NCBI RefSeq assembly: GCF_006345805.1
Contig: NC_043012.1
Coordinates: forward strand, 28,706,001 to 28,770,000
Direction of reading: 5' to 3'
From: Octopus sinensis
Taxonomy: Eukaryota
Length of the DNA stretch: 64,000 nt
The position numbers and the translations under genes are program-made. Within the stretch, counting starts at the first letter, position 1. Each line of letters opens with the position of its first letter. The notes beneath the pieces are model-generated. The model did no database searches. It was not told the origin of the DNA and worked only from the letters and a program-made list of their open reading frames with translations. Shown here piece by piece: positions 26,944-39,855 of this stretch.

Positions 26944-27104
26944 CATACATACATACATACATATATATATATACATGCACACACACACAACTTTTGCTAA
27001 TTCTAATTACATATACGATCTAAAGAGCAAGTAAATACACATTTTACCTCTGAAAAATTCCATATTATATATAGATATTCATATTATATATACGATGGTT
27101 GTTC

Positions 27105-27163
<59 letters not shown>

Positions 27164-27215
27164 AATTTTCTTAACTTATGAAAAATATAGAATAATAGTA
27201 TAATGAAACAATTAC

Positions 27216-27484
27216 CTTTCGTCCGGCTCCGTTATTCCAGAGGTTCATCAATCCCATACCTATTTCTCTCCGCTCTACCGTATCCACAAAATCTCTTGAA
27301 AATTTGGATCCGAATAAAATGTTATCAGAGCAACCACCCCATTCAAAATCATCTGGATTTTCGTCTACTCTAAGTTTCTGCCCACAGCCACAGTGATTCA
27401 GTTGCCCTTTAGAGCAGCCTCGAGACACGCTATACATAATACCAGCCGAAAAAATAGCATATAGATAAGCTGTCTCTCTACTCT
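27216..27484 (-). CDS. WntA: Wnt coding exon (middle)
   Basis: Acceptor tttcag|AG at 27485/27484 completes A+AG=Lys, giving NIKSRETAYLYAIFSAG...CSKG...CGC...FEWGGCSDNI...LMNLWNNGAGRK. Donor AAG|gtaatt at 27216/27215. 269 nt, phase matches both neighbours. NLWNN in place of the usual NLHNN suggests WntA (recalled family trait). Confidence 0.95.
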
Positions 27485-28402
27485 CTGAAAAACAAAACAA
27501 AATAAAGTAAAAAGTTTGAATACCAAATTACTATGACATTCCTATAAGACTACAGAGACAGAACGTTCAAATAGAATAAATTTACAAGTTCATTAAATGT
27601 AATATTGACTTTTAAGTTCCTTCAGTGATATAATATACGGTACTGTTTAATCCTTTTAGTAGTATTCCACTTCTACAAGAAAATATTAGATGCAGTAGTA
27701 TATCATATCATATCTGAATCTTTAATAGAAAGATCTGTAACGCAAATGATAGTAAGGCGTATTCTATTTTGGACCTTATAAGCTGTATATTTAATTAGAG
27801 CTTAAGTAACGGAATATATGCACGGAGATATATAATAAAGAAAATATAAAATTGTAGATACCTGATAAGAAGACAAAATGAATTGAAAATTTTACAGAAG
27901 AATAAATGCATACAAAATATCTATAGAATTATATAATACTTTAAATTTGTCAGATAATATTTTTGGAGACCTGTATGTAATAAGCAATACACACTTACTA
28001 AAGTGTATGCATAAGTTATTAAAAATATATATATCAGCATGTACTTTATACAGGTGAGTCGTTGAAGGCAAACTTTCTATTTATGTTTGTGTTTACTTGA
28101 GAGAGATGGATTAAATGAAACATTTGATTATCTTAAATTGTGCGAAATAAACAATAACGTATATTAAAACAAAAATCTCTGGCGCAGAAAACTAGATAAA
28201 CTTTTAAGAGGAATGTAATATAATAAAAATCCTTCGTAGCAGCTCATTAACCTTCACAAAGTAAAGTTTATGAGGAGCCAGAAATGATAAATCGACGGAT
28301 TAAATGACTTACGATGTTCAACTTCCCCTCTTTAAATTTTTAATTCAACTGCTGAAAGTCCTAATTTTATCATTATTTCTGGAAAATCAAAAAATATATA
28401 CT

Positions 28403-28625
28403 AGATACGAGGGGTGTTCATTAGAATTTTCCCCTGACCCACTTCCCAAGGACTGGGATAAACGAAATATGACATAATTATTAGTCCTTCTCTATATGGC
28501 CACCACAAATGATGACACACTTTTCCCATCGCTTTATGCAGCTGTGAAAACCACGTCTTTAGAAGCCGGTAGGTTGCTTCTGGAGCCAAGACTTTACCTC
28601 GGAAAATGAGTTCATCATCATCCAC
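28403..28625 (-). mobile_element. mariner-type transposon 3' remnant
   Basis: DDDEL...WF...GKVC C-terminal remnant and a TACGAGGGGTG-type terminus. Confidence 0.55.
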
Positions 28626-28849
28626 AAAGTGTGTGTGTGTGTGGAAGGGGGGTATGTGTGCATGTGTGTGTACGTATACATTGTATTACGTTGGAACAGT
28701 AAGTGCTACTGCTTCTCAAAATAGAATAGGCATTTTTTGTTTAATCCTGATAATAATTCCCCTCTTTATTAATAACATAACCCCATCTCTTTGGCAAAGT
28801 GTTAGTCCTACGGGCGTAAAATTGTTTGGGTTTCCAACCAAAGAAACAC

Positions 28850-29640
28850 TAAATACTATTTATGACCCCTCCATAATCAAGTAACTGTTTCTCCCTTTAA
28901 GTAATGTTGTAAGATTATAGTCAGCTGGAGCAACGCTGTGAGAATAAAGAGGATGTGGCAAATTTTCGATATGTACTGCCTTTTTCTCTCTTTTACTGAT
29001 TGACTCGAGCAATATGTGGTCTTGCATTATCGACTGAGATCAAATATGAATGCTTCCACTTGATGACAATGCTTCACATTAAACGTTTCGATATTTCAAA
29101 GACAGCACAATTCATATTCCAGCAAACAGAGGCCAGAATTATTTTTCTAGTGTAGCCTTTGTTTGGAGATGGATTTTCCTTTTTCTTTGAGCGCTAACCA
29201 TTGTCGTTTCCGTATGATATGATTATAAGGGACCTACTTTCTATCAGTTTTGACGATTTTAAAGGCAAGGTTCGGTAGTAAATCTGCACTACAATGGCGA
29301 GAAGAGAGCAAATCATTGATTAATCTGAGAAGCAGCCAGATGATGTGTGACTTGATTTTAATTCATTTGTTGACTCTCTTACAATTTGCTTTGGATTGTC
29401 CTCAGCTAAAGCCTTCAGAAGCTCAATATTTTCAGAACTTGATCATCTAGATTGAAGGGAATCTGCGTGAGAAAAATTTACAGAGCGAAGTTGGTCAAAC
29501 CCTCTTTGTCATATAGACACTTAAAGCTTCATTTTCATAGAGAGAAGAAATATTTCTTGCCGCTTCCATTGCTGAAGAGACCATTTTGAATCCATTGAGC
29601 ATGAGATGTCTGATACGAGTCTGATCTAAACTCATTTTAA
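28850..29640 (-). mobile_element. Degenerate mariner transposase
   Basis: Remnants RHLMLNGF..EAARNI, VCWN, DNARPH and DYNL..LLKGR on the minus strand. Confidence 0.6.
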
Positions 29641-29856
29641 AAGGGTTAAAATCGATAGGAAATTAATCACTATGGTATAAAGTAATCTGCAAAGAAAGTA
29701 TAAAAGCATTATAATGTGAAACTTAATACCTATGTTACCGTAAGTATTGAAAAACTACTCTCAAAATGAACGAGTCAAAAAATGGTATAAGCCCTGCTTT
29801 CCAACCTAATATGTGTCCACGTTCGTGTACTTCACACACGAGTACACACACACACG

Positions 29857-29899
<43 letters not shown>

Positions 29900-30699
29900 C
29901 ACACAACTACTGAACATGTAAGTTCAGTATTACAAAACAGGTATCATTCGATACAAATGTAGTTAAGTATGCATATATATATATATGTACACACACACAT
30001 ACGCACACGCACACATGTTCATATAGATTATATATTGGTCGTAACTCTAAACACTATGTATAGAAGATATTCATCATACTCCTTACCTAATTAGCACATA
30101 TTTCACAAAAGGAATAAATTGAAAATAAATCGTTCTGAGTCAAGGGAAGTAATTGGCATTGATGCATTACTCTTAGAATATGGACATAAGTAACTTCCCC
30201 TAACTGTACGTTCATATCTAAAGGAGATGTGATGAATAAATATGTTATAAAACTGTATTATGAGAAGCGTCAAATTCGTCAACTTTATATATGCCATAGT
30301 CTATTGAGGAAAATTACCTGCTTCGTTCGTCCAAAATATTTTATGCAAGAAGATCGCATATATGTACCATTCTTACGATTTTATACTTATATAAAAAAAA
30401 AAAATAAGCCAAGTGTATTCAACTTCATGTTGAAGTGGAAAATCGTTGTACATAAATGAAAATCTCAATATCGGTATCTTATTTAGCACATTCTCGGGCG
30501 CGTCTTAACAGGAATTTGAAGATCAACGATTAAAATCCAACAATTTGATTTGAAATCTATTTTTTATACTTGTTAATATTGTTAAAACAGTTGATGACTA
30601 TTACGCTCTGTTGCTGAAGAATGGGGTTTTCTCTAATATAATCTATAATACATTAAAAGTTAGTTTGAATATTGCTTGCTTGCAATGTTACCCAACAAA

Positions 30700-32630
30700 A
30701 CTGGCGCATAATGGGAAAATACTATGAATTAGGTTTGCCCTGAAATGTTAATACGAGCGGAATTAAATTAGTTTCGCGTAAATCGGAGCAGTAGTTATTG
30801 AGATATTCAGTGTTTGGGCTAAAAATTCCCAAAACGGTGCATAATAGGGAAAATTTCCCGAATATAACATCATCCCAAAAGAGAAGAAACTCTAGCCTTT
30901 CGATTAGACAGTGGTTTGACAACGAAAAAATACGATTTATTTTTTACAGTAAATCTTTCTATTTTCGCTTTTGTTAAACACAATATTTTAATTATTCACA
31001 AGTGAATGCAATTTTAGAAATGTAAGTTCTTTGTACAGTCTTTTTTGATTATTTTCAAGTGACTACCATTACAAAAAATTTTATTCACATATTCAAAAAA
31101 TATTTTAAAGTGAAAATGACTTTAAAAATACGGTAAATATTTCGTAAAAGACCTCGGTCTGAAATAGTTTTTTCCCTAGGTTTTTTCGAGTACATTCAAC
31201 GTATCTCACCTCCAAAGATTTGGCTGTTATTTCTTGCATGACCTGCTACCACGTAACAGCTATTTGCAATAAAGGACCCGAAATACCTGTTACATGTGCA
31301 AGAAATAGCAGCCAAATCCTTCCTTTTCTGCGGAAAGGAGCCGTTTACGCGTGATTTCGATGTCACATTCGTTGAAAAAATACGAAATAACCTTTGAAAA
31401 GAAAAATAAAACCCACGAAACAAAACTCCGTTGCTGGGAAACTCAGAGTTACCCGGTAACTCAACGGGTCATGGGTAGTTTAGTTAAACTTAATAAAATC
31501 TCGGCTGCAATCTGAAATTGAGCTTTTATTGTGTTGATTTTATTGTCTTAGTTACTCGAAGTTAAGGGATAGAGGAATAATTTCTTTTTATCGTCCTTAT
31601 TTGTGTTCCGCGTTTATTTCATTTTTCCAATCTACTTGTTATAAATTTTCGCCTTTATATTGTGATTGTGAGTATTGTACATTGGTCTTCATTGAATTTT
31701 GTGATTTTTATAATTATTAAACTGGGCAACAAAATGAAAAGCATTGTCTGCTACCCAGATAAATAGTGCTGTACGAAACTAAATCGAGTACATTTTTCTT
31801 ATAATCAACTACGTACTTTTCTTCGATAGGAGAATCAGGGAGTTAATCGTGTGACGTGTCAAGATCTTCAAGTGAAACATGTGAGAGAGGAACTGGGACA
31901 GGGTTCTCTGAGTCATGTGGGATCTGCTTTAGTGCCGACTTGCAATCTGCATACACAATTTTTGCTTTGGTCTTCTTTGAGAAACCACTAATATTAGTCA
32001 TGTAAAAGTAACAATCAGAGACATGATTGATTGGCTGACGTCATACCATTGGTACAGCAAAAGGCATTCCTTTCCGTTTTCCATTCAGCCACTGTGTAAG
32101 CCCTGAGTAACACCTCTTGTGTTGGTCCTCAACATTACACCCGAAATAATATTGATAGGCAACTTTTAATTTGATGGCAATGTTCTTCCGCTGGTCACGA
32201 AGAGCAAATTTTCCACAGACATAACAAAAGTTGTCTGGGTGATTCACACAGCCTCTCCTATTCATGATCTAACACAATGAACAGAGTTAAAACAGTAATT
32301 ACGCAGAGCAAGAGATACATATACCACACGTGACGGCAGAGCAAACAACACTGAGAGTTACCAAGAACGTAATACGTCAGCGCCATCTATTGCTAAACTA
32401 AATAATGAACTTTCTCATCGTTTTTTTTTATTGCTGTTGTTTCTTTAATTATGAATTAAGATCGCTTTCATTTTAGCAAATTTTATAATACAGCGTATAT
32501 CTAGCCGAAAGTATAGTTATAATCATGCGCATGCGTATAACTCAAAATCCTGACGTGGTAGAACAATACTGAGTGCAGATTCGGAATCAGCATCCTCGAT
32601 TTAGTCTAAAACACATGCTTTTACTCTTGA
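30700..32630 (-). mobile_element. DNA transposon remnant, probably Chapaev-3-like (CMC)
   Basis: MNRRGCVNHPDNFCYVCG...YYFG..VEDQ..C...WLNGKRKGMPFAVPMV is a recognisable transposase N-terminal zinc-finger region. The superfamily name is recalled, not searched, and the 3' extent is uncertain. Confidence 0.55.
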
Positions 32631-32734
32631 AGAGTTCACCGAGTCGGTTATCTATTTTATATTGGTTTATCGTTTTGTTAGAAAATATTGGTGTATTTTA
32701 GAATTCTTGTTTGCTTAATATTAGGTTCAAGTAA

Positions 32735-32960
32735 GACTGCAAAATGGTCGAATCGTTAGCACCGTCGGACAAAATGCTTAACGGTATTTTTTCCGTCTCA
32801 ATATGTTCTTAGTTCAAATTGCGCCGAGATTGACTTTGTCATTCATCCTTTCGAGATCGATAAAATAAATACCATTTGGGCATTAGAGTCAATGTAATCG
32901 ACTTACCCCTCCCCTCAAAACTGCTGGCCTTGAACCGAAATTGGAAAGAAATTTTAGTTT
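32735..32960 (+). mobile_element. SINE family B, diverged
   Basis: gaatcgttagcacc...gttcaaattgcgccgag.ttgactttg.cattcatcctttcg. Confidence 0.7.
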
Positions 32961-33051
32961 TTGTTTAGTTTGGGAGCTATTCGCATGCTTATAGAATTTA
33001 AGACTAGATATTAAATGTAGGAGGTCGGAAATGTTGGTGTATTCATTAAGG

Positions 33052-33157
33052 AGAGAGAGAGAAAGAGAGAGAGAGAAACAAAGAGAGAGAGAGAGAAACA
33101 AAGAGAGAGAGAGAGAAACAAAGAGAGAGAGAGAGAAACAAAGAGAGAGAGAAACAA

Positions 33158-33198
<41 letters not shown>

Positions 33199-33220
33199 AA
33201 CAAAGAGAGAGAGAGAGAAA

Positions 33221-33262
<42 letters not shown>
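33052..33262. repeat. Compound (GA)n-AACAAA satellite
   Basis: GAGAGA..AACAAA units repeated several times. Confidence 0.9.
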
Positions 33263-33264
<2 letters not shown>

Positions 33265-33359
33265 TGGGGAGAGTGCAATTTTCATGTTTGCCTTTTGCTG
33301 GTGTGAGATAGTAGTTTTATATATCTTTTAATTAGCTTTTGTAATCACGCTACATATTT

Positions 33360-33590
33360 TATCTTTTACTTATTTCAATCATTAGACTGCAGCCATACAC
33401 CGACATGAAGAATTTCTAGTTGAATGTATCGACCCCAGGACATATTTTTACTTTAAGCCTGGTACTTTTTCTATTGATCTCTTTTTCCAAACCACTACGT
33501 TACGGGGGCGTAAACACACTAACACTGGTTGTCAAGCGGTGGTGGGGGACAAACATAAACATACATACATGCATATACATAGATACATAC

Positions 33591-33649
<59 letters not shown>

Positions 33650-33670
33650 ATACATACATACATACATACA

Positions 33671-33729
<59 letters not shown>

Positions 33730-34054
33730 GTATGTAAATTGAGAGAAAACTGTCGTATATATAAATTAATTGTTATCGCCATATTAATATGGCATTCTTA
33801 TAGATATAAGAATAATCGCTGCCGCTGGTCAGCTCCATCAGGCCACCGCCTTAAGATTGCTATTGATACACGATCTGTATCCATTATAACCTTCGAACAA
33901 GGGAGGTCAGCCGCTTCACACTGCCAGTCCGACAGCTACAGACGCGTTTCGGGGTATTGCCCCTTGTCAATGTAGCGCAGTCAGACCCCGCAGGTGTCGC
34001 CACTGACGTCTCTGTTCGAAGGCTTATATTTACCTAGTTTCAGTGGAATACATC

Positions 34055-34122
<68 letters not shown>

Positions 34123-34272
34123 GACAGTTTTCTCTCAGTTTCCATTTACCAAATCCACTCACAAAGCTTTGTTTGGTTTGAGGCTATAGTAGGTGCCACA
34201 CAATGGGTCTGGACGCAAAACCCAAATGTGTGTAGTTAGAAAGCCAGCTTCTTATTACACAGCAACGCCTTC
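33360..34272 (-). mobile_element. SINE family A split by a PLE fragment in its central microsatellite
   Basis: 3' half at about 33360-33555 and 5' half at 34121-34272. Confidence 0.65.
33935..33976 (-). ncRNA. Candidate minimal type-I hammerhead ribozyme (U3:A8 variant)
   Basis: GCTACA-TTGACAA-GGGG-CAATA-CCCC-GAA-AC-GC-GT-C-TGTAGC: 6-bp stem I, 4-bp stem II, palindromic stem III ACGCGT, GUC triplet. Confidence 0.82.
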
Positions 34273-34484
34273 ACCAATAATAATTAGCAAATTTAAGTAC
34301 AAATTTCATTTGACAACTTCGCAAGAACCATAACAGTAGTTGCAGACAAAATGATGAAGAGAATATTTGGCAGCCTGTAACTTAAATCCATGGGCTCAAT
34401 TGGCGATTAAACGTCTCTTTTCACCAACATTGTATTTGAACCAACATTCCCTTTATGCGTTAAAAATTAAGATGTTAACTTTAA

Positions 34485-35563
34485 CCCTTTCGCTCCGACT
34501 TTTGCACAATCAGATTTTATTTTATTTTTTTCACATTTCTGCTTCTTTAAACCATCATTATCTACCATAATTAAAATCTAAACTTTCTTTTTATCGCTAC
34601 ATATGATTTTTGAACGTGGGACAAAAATGTCCCAATAGTATTCTAATGAACAAATACTTGAAACTGTCCTATCCCAATAGTATTTTACATGCACTTTGAG
34701 CAAGTTCGGAAAATTACGGAAATAAAAATGAAATAAATCTTACAGTTTATTTCAAACGCAAAATGAAGCTATAATTGCTTTCTCATATAATATTTATTAT
34801 GAATTACAATTATTTTTTCGTATAACACTTATAAAATAATATATGTAATGACTCCTTCTAAATAATACTTATGAAATAACATAATTATATAATTATTATG
34901 TAATTATATAGTTGTTTCTCTTATATCATACTCGTTACTGAATATATTCCTTTTCTCAACTAATATTTACGAGAACATGCTATGTGTGATAAACTGTAAA
35001 ACATTCATCAATATATAAAGGAATGCTGCATTTCCGGCAAATGTATTGGGTCCTCTTTCCTTTGCTCCTCGAAGTACATCTACGATTCTTTTGTTTTACT
35101 GGCATGTGATCATCTGCATTCGAAATCAACTTTGAAGTCTTAGAAGGCCGTTCGAAAGATCTCACTCTCTTTTGTGGAAAACTCGAAACTTCCTGCCTCG
35201 ATCAAACGTTCAGCTACATTTACTAAGAAATTTATAAATGGTGGTTTCGTATGGTGAATTTCAGAGTGAATAACATAAACATCTCTCATCAGAAACCTGA
35301 CGAACACTTTAGTCCACCATTTTCTACTTTCTTCGATCCAGTTCATACAGTGTTACCATTTGATCAGAGTGATCTACTCCACCCATATATTTGTTATAAA
35401 AGATAATCGCTTCTGGACAAGTGAACTCTTTCTTTTTTCCATCCTATTCCTTATGCTGTAATACTGATTTGTCCCATCCCAAACCATTTTAAATTAAGTA
35501 AAATTCACTTTAGTATTAAAAAACTTTTCTCCGGATACATGTGTCCCATTAGGAGCGAAAGGA
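34485..35563 (-). mobile_element. Internally deleted piggyBac with TTAA target duplications
   Basis: TTAA at 34481-34484 and 35564-35567. Terminal inverted repeats share CCTTTCGCTCC. Remnants include WWTKVF and the C-terminal Cys-rich domain RRC...KRTQYICRKCSIPLYIDECFTVYH. Confidence 0.88.
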
Positions 35564-36659
35564 TTAAGGTAAACTGAAAAGATTTAGTAGATGATTTCAT
35601 CGCATAACATTATATTTCTTGTCTATTTCAAGTGACTGTTACCAGAAATTTTGTTTAATAGAGTAGAGGGTGCAAAATGGGTAATTTCTGATTTTTCGTT
35701 ATTTCTCCTCACCTGTTTGAAATTATTACATTGCGAGTATTGCATCGTTATTTTGTACCGTTGCATCATCTTTAGGAGTAAAACTTGGTTAGTACTATAC
35801 TTACTGTTCAAGTTGAAAGAATTTGAAACAAAGTCGGGTGACAGATTTTTCAAGAAATTTTTCCTCAATCTTAACTCACTTATATTTAAGGTTACTAATA
35901 AAATATCTGAATAATTTTTGGTGTTCAACACTGAGTTCTTTTTTTTTTTCTGTTGGATTCCAAGTCATTCCCCCCCCCCACACACACACTAATGTCTAAT
36001 TTGATCATGTCGAATTTGGTGCAAGATGAGTAAGGACAAATTTCAACTATTTCTTCTCTTCATCTGCATGGTGCAAAAATATATTATGAAGAGAGCCACT
36101 CCCGCAGATCATAAAAGGGGTATATTTTATGAGAGGATATTTTGTGCTAAGTTTTCAGATTTAGTCGGCTTTCGTTAATTTCATATCGCGTGCTAGTTTG
36201 CCAAGAGCCTCTTTCATTCGACCTAGATATTTAAAATTTTTATTGGATTTCTGATCTTTCTGATACCTTAGGGTAAATATTGATGTGTATGAGCCTTATT
36301 TCCAAAGTAACTCTAGAGAATTGAAAACGAAAATTTACCTTATTTTGTCTTACTCATTTTATCCCTCTTAAATTTCGCTTTTGTATGTTGAAGGAGAACG
36401 AAGATAACGTTCTGAAATAGGGTTCAGATTATGCTATAGTGTTTTTTAATGCAGTTAGAGGATGTCATTTGTTTAGCTAATGTAGTTTGTGCCCCTTGCA
36501 CCCGCCATTCCTATCTACGCTACATTTCAAGCAAACAGAAGAAGGAACTCTACACGTTTGTAAAATAAAAAGGAAAGAAAAAGAAAAGACTTCCAAGAAT
36601 GAAACAGAGGCAAAAAACATCGACTTACGTATAAAAACAGAATTTGCAGACATTTGATT

Positions 36660-36835
36660 TTTATCTTTTAATTGTGACCATGCTGGGGCACCGCCTTGAA
36701 GAATGAATTGAGACTAGTACTTTTTTTTCAACTTGGTACTTATTGTATCGATTTATTTTGTCGAACTGCTAAGTTACAAGCACGTAAATACACCGGTTGT
36801 CAAGCGGTGGTGGTGGACAAACAGACACAAAGACA
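36660..36835 (-). mobile_element. SINE family A, 3' half
   Basis: gaccatgctggggcaccgcc...ggttgtcaagcggtgg. Confidence 0.65.
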
Positions 36836-36854
36836 CACACACACAGGTATATAC

Positions 36855-36894
<40 letters not shown>

Positions 36895-37527
36895 TTATAC
36901 ACATGCATACATTTATGCGGATGTGTGAGTAAGCATGCATGTATTTATGCAAGAATTTATATTTATATGTACAAAAATAGATGCAAATGAGCGTGTATAT
37001 GCGTGAATACGTATAACATACAAGAGTTTGTATGCGTATATATGAGTTGGTGTATGTAAATGTCTATATACATGTGTGGATACGTATGTGTGTATACATC
37101 TTCACAAATATAAATTCTTTATTTCTTCTGCTATTCATCACTAACCTGTCCATTTAAGCAACTTGACTTATATTCTTCATTCTTCATTCTAATTTTACTA
37201 CCCTTACCTTCTCCCTACACTTTCTATGCCAATTTTTTTTTTTTGGGGGGGGGGGGGGGTTCACGGAAGCAACTGTTTTTCGAAGCCTCATATTGTCGTT
37301 AATTGCACGAAATGTGGAGTAGATGAACAGTTGATAACTGATGAAGGGTCGTTCTTTATGTTACTTGTCTTGTTTTCCATTTGTTTTTCTCGTTGTTCGC
37401 ATACCCAAGTTTGCCTTCGTATTTCATGTTGTTTACGTTTTGCGACGTCCTCTGTACCAATATATGCATATATATATATATACATAGACATGTAAGCATG
37501 TACATATATGTATGTATATATGCATAT

Positions 37528-37570
<43 letters not shown>

Positions 37571-37584
37571 TATATATATTATAT

Positions 37585-38012
37585 ACTCTCTTTTACTCTC
37601 TTTTACTCTCTTTTACTTGTTTCAGTCAATTGACTGCGGCCATGCTGAGCACCGCCTTTAGTCGAGCAACTCGACCCCGGGACTTATTCTTTGTAAGCCC
37701 AGTACTTATTCTATCGGTCTCTTTTGCCGAACCGCTAAGTGACGGGGACATAAACACACCAGCATCGGTTGTCAAGCAGTGCTAGGGGAACAAACACAGA
37801 CGCACAAACATACACGCACACACACATATATATATATATACATATATACGACGGGCTTCTTTCAGTTTCCGTCTACCAAATCCACTCACAAGGCTTTGGT
37901 CGGCCCGAGGCTATAGTAGAAGACACTCGCCCAAGGTGCCACGCAGTGCGACTGAACCCGGGACCATGTGGTTGGTAAACAAGCTACTTACCACACAGCC
38001 ACTCCTGCGCCT
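37585..38012 (-). mobile_element. SINE family A, full length and well preserved
   Basis: Reverse complement reads ggcgcaggagtggctgtgtggtaagtagcttg...ggttcagtcgc...caccttgggcgagtgtcttc, with a (TAAAAGAG)n tail. Confidence 0.88.
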
Positions 38013-38031
38013 ATATATATATATATATATA

Positions 38032-38305
38032 TGTAAATGTAATATTTGACAATTATTCGGTAGCCATGATAAAACTCCGAGTTTCGGATTCCGAGGTGGA
38101 AATCCATGTCACCATCTCTTCAGTTATCCGGCCATCGGATAAATGAGGAGATGGCGGCGTGGATTTCCACCTCGGATCCGAAACTCGGAGTTTTATCATG
38201 GCAACCGAATAATTGTCACATATTACATTGAGAGATAAATTCCTCTATTTACATAATATCGAGGTCTCCTTTATTCTTTCGTTGTCTTACCATTTTTATC
38301 AATAT
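38032..38305. mobile_element. PLE-terminal-like foldback with hammerhead-like motifs in both arms
   Basis: Arms about 38035-38129 and 38137-38229 around a 7 nt loop. The right side continues into sequence shared with 60099-60210. Confidence 0.7.
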
Positions 38306-38599
38306 ATATATGTAAACGTATACATTTATATAGATATACATGCAGATATATGATACATTCACACACACACACACGTGCATAGATGCATACATACATACAT
38401 ACATACATACATACATACATACATACATACATACATTCATGGTGGCTGCTCCCTCGTTATCGAGTATGGCCATTGCACGAAGTTTAATCAATGTTGTTAT
38501 TGTGCAATGCCTGTGCAAGAAGATTTTTTTAAAGTGGGGAAAGGCTGTGCACTGAGTCAATCCCACTCACTAAGCAACAGCAGCCATAATCCGAAAAGA

Positions 38600-38990
38600 A
38601 GGACAAGTCAACGTCATCGGTAACCACTGAGCCGCAGGTTTTATGTCGGAGTTATCCCAGTTACCTGAGTTACCTTCTCCTAGAAGGATGCCCTAACAAA
38701 GGCTAGGAGTCCTTCACTCCCAATGGTTTAACCGCGCGATCGGGTATTCAGTCCGATTATTTCTATGTCCCCGCGCATGATACAGCCTTAAGACATTTAT
38801 TGGTTGGCCGTTGACTCTCAAGAGTTCCTCCGCCCTTTGACGGGTTTTGTTTTTCATCCCGCAGGGTGTCCAATAAACACCCTCCTCACCAAGCAAGCTT
38901 GGTGGGGTTGCCGGTTTAGTCGCCGACGACCCGACCATGCCACATGTTGTACTGGGTTACATGTTACCAGTAGCACTCGAAAGCGACCTC
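38600..38990 (-). mobile_element. Probable LINE (RTE-like) 5' UTR fragment
   Basis: GC-rich island. The minus strand has ctagccttt.ttagggcatcc.tctaggagaagg and gcaaccccacc motifs like RTE-type 5' UTRs (recalled). Confidence 0.35.
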
Positions 38991-39002
38991 ACATAACATA
39001 CA

Positions 39003-39034
<32 letters not shown>

Positions 39035-39269
39035 CATTCGTATGTAGCTCTATGTATACGTGTGTGTGTGTGTGTGTTATATGATTGATAAAAATTGTGT
39101 TGACTGACACGCTTTTGCCGATAATATTTTATATAAAACTCTGTTTAATGTGTTTAACGTGTTTAAACCAGTCAATTTATTGAATAAGAATGGGTTCCGA
39201 ATTTTAGCACAGTATAGAAGAGGTGTAAGTCTAATTTATCGGCCGGAATGTTCAGTTGGTACTTATTTT

Positions 39270-39470
39270 ATGCATTTGTGTGTCTGCGTTTGTCACCCCA
39301 CCATCGCTTGAAAACCGATGTTGATGTTTTACCTCCCTGTAACTTAGCGGTTCGGCAAAAGAATCGATAGAATAAGTACTAGGCTTACAAAGAATAAGTC
39401 CTAGAGTCGATTAGTTCGACTAAAGGCGGTGCTCAAGCATTTTGCCACTGTCGAATGACTGAAACAATTA
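39270..39470 (+). mobile_element. SINE family A, 3' half
   Basis: catcgcttgaaaaccgatg...gtaacttagcggttcggcaaaag...cgactaaaggcggtgctc. Confidence 0.75.
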
Positions 39471-39744
39471 AGATTCAGTGGAATTAGTGCTTAAATAGAG
39501 ACAAATAGGTCTGAGTAACATGCATACTCAACAATATTAAATGAATATCAGAATTGGTGCATAAATGCCGGCCACAGGATATTCTTGCGGATATTAAGAC
39601 ACAGCTAAGTGAAGAAATCCGCTCTTAGCTTATTAAAAATACTGTCTGTAATAATTACGAAGCGTAGATTCCAGGAAAGATGAATAAAATATGAGTAACA
39701 AAGGTACAATTGTATCTCTTTGTTACTCAGTTGTGTGTATACCA

Positions 39745-39797
<53 letters not shown>

Positions 39798-39812
39798 GTA
39801 TATATATTTATA

Positions 39813-39855
<43 letters not shown>

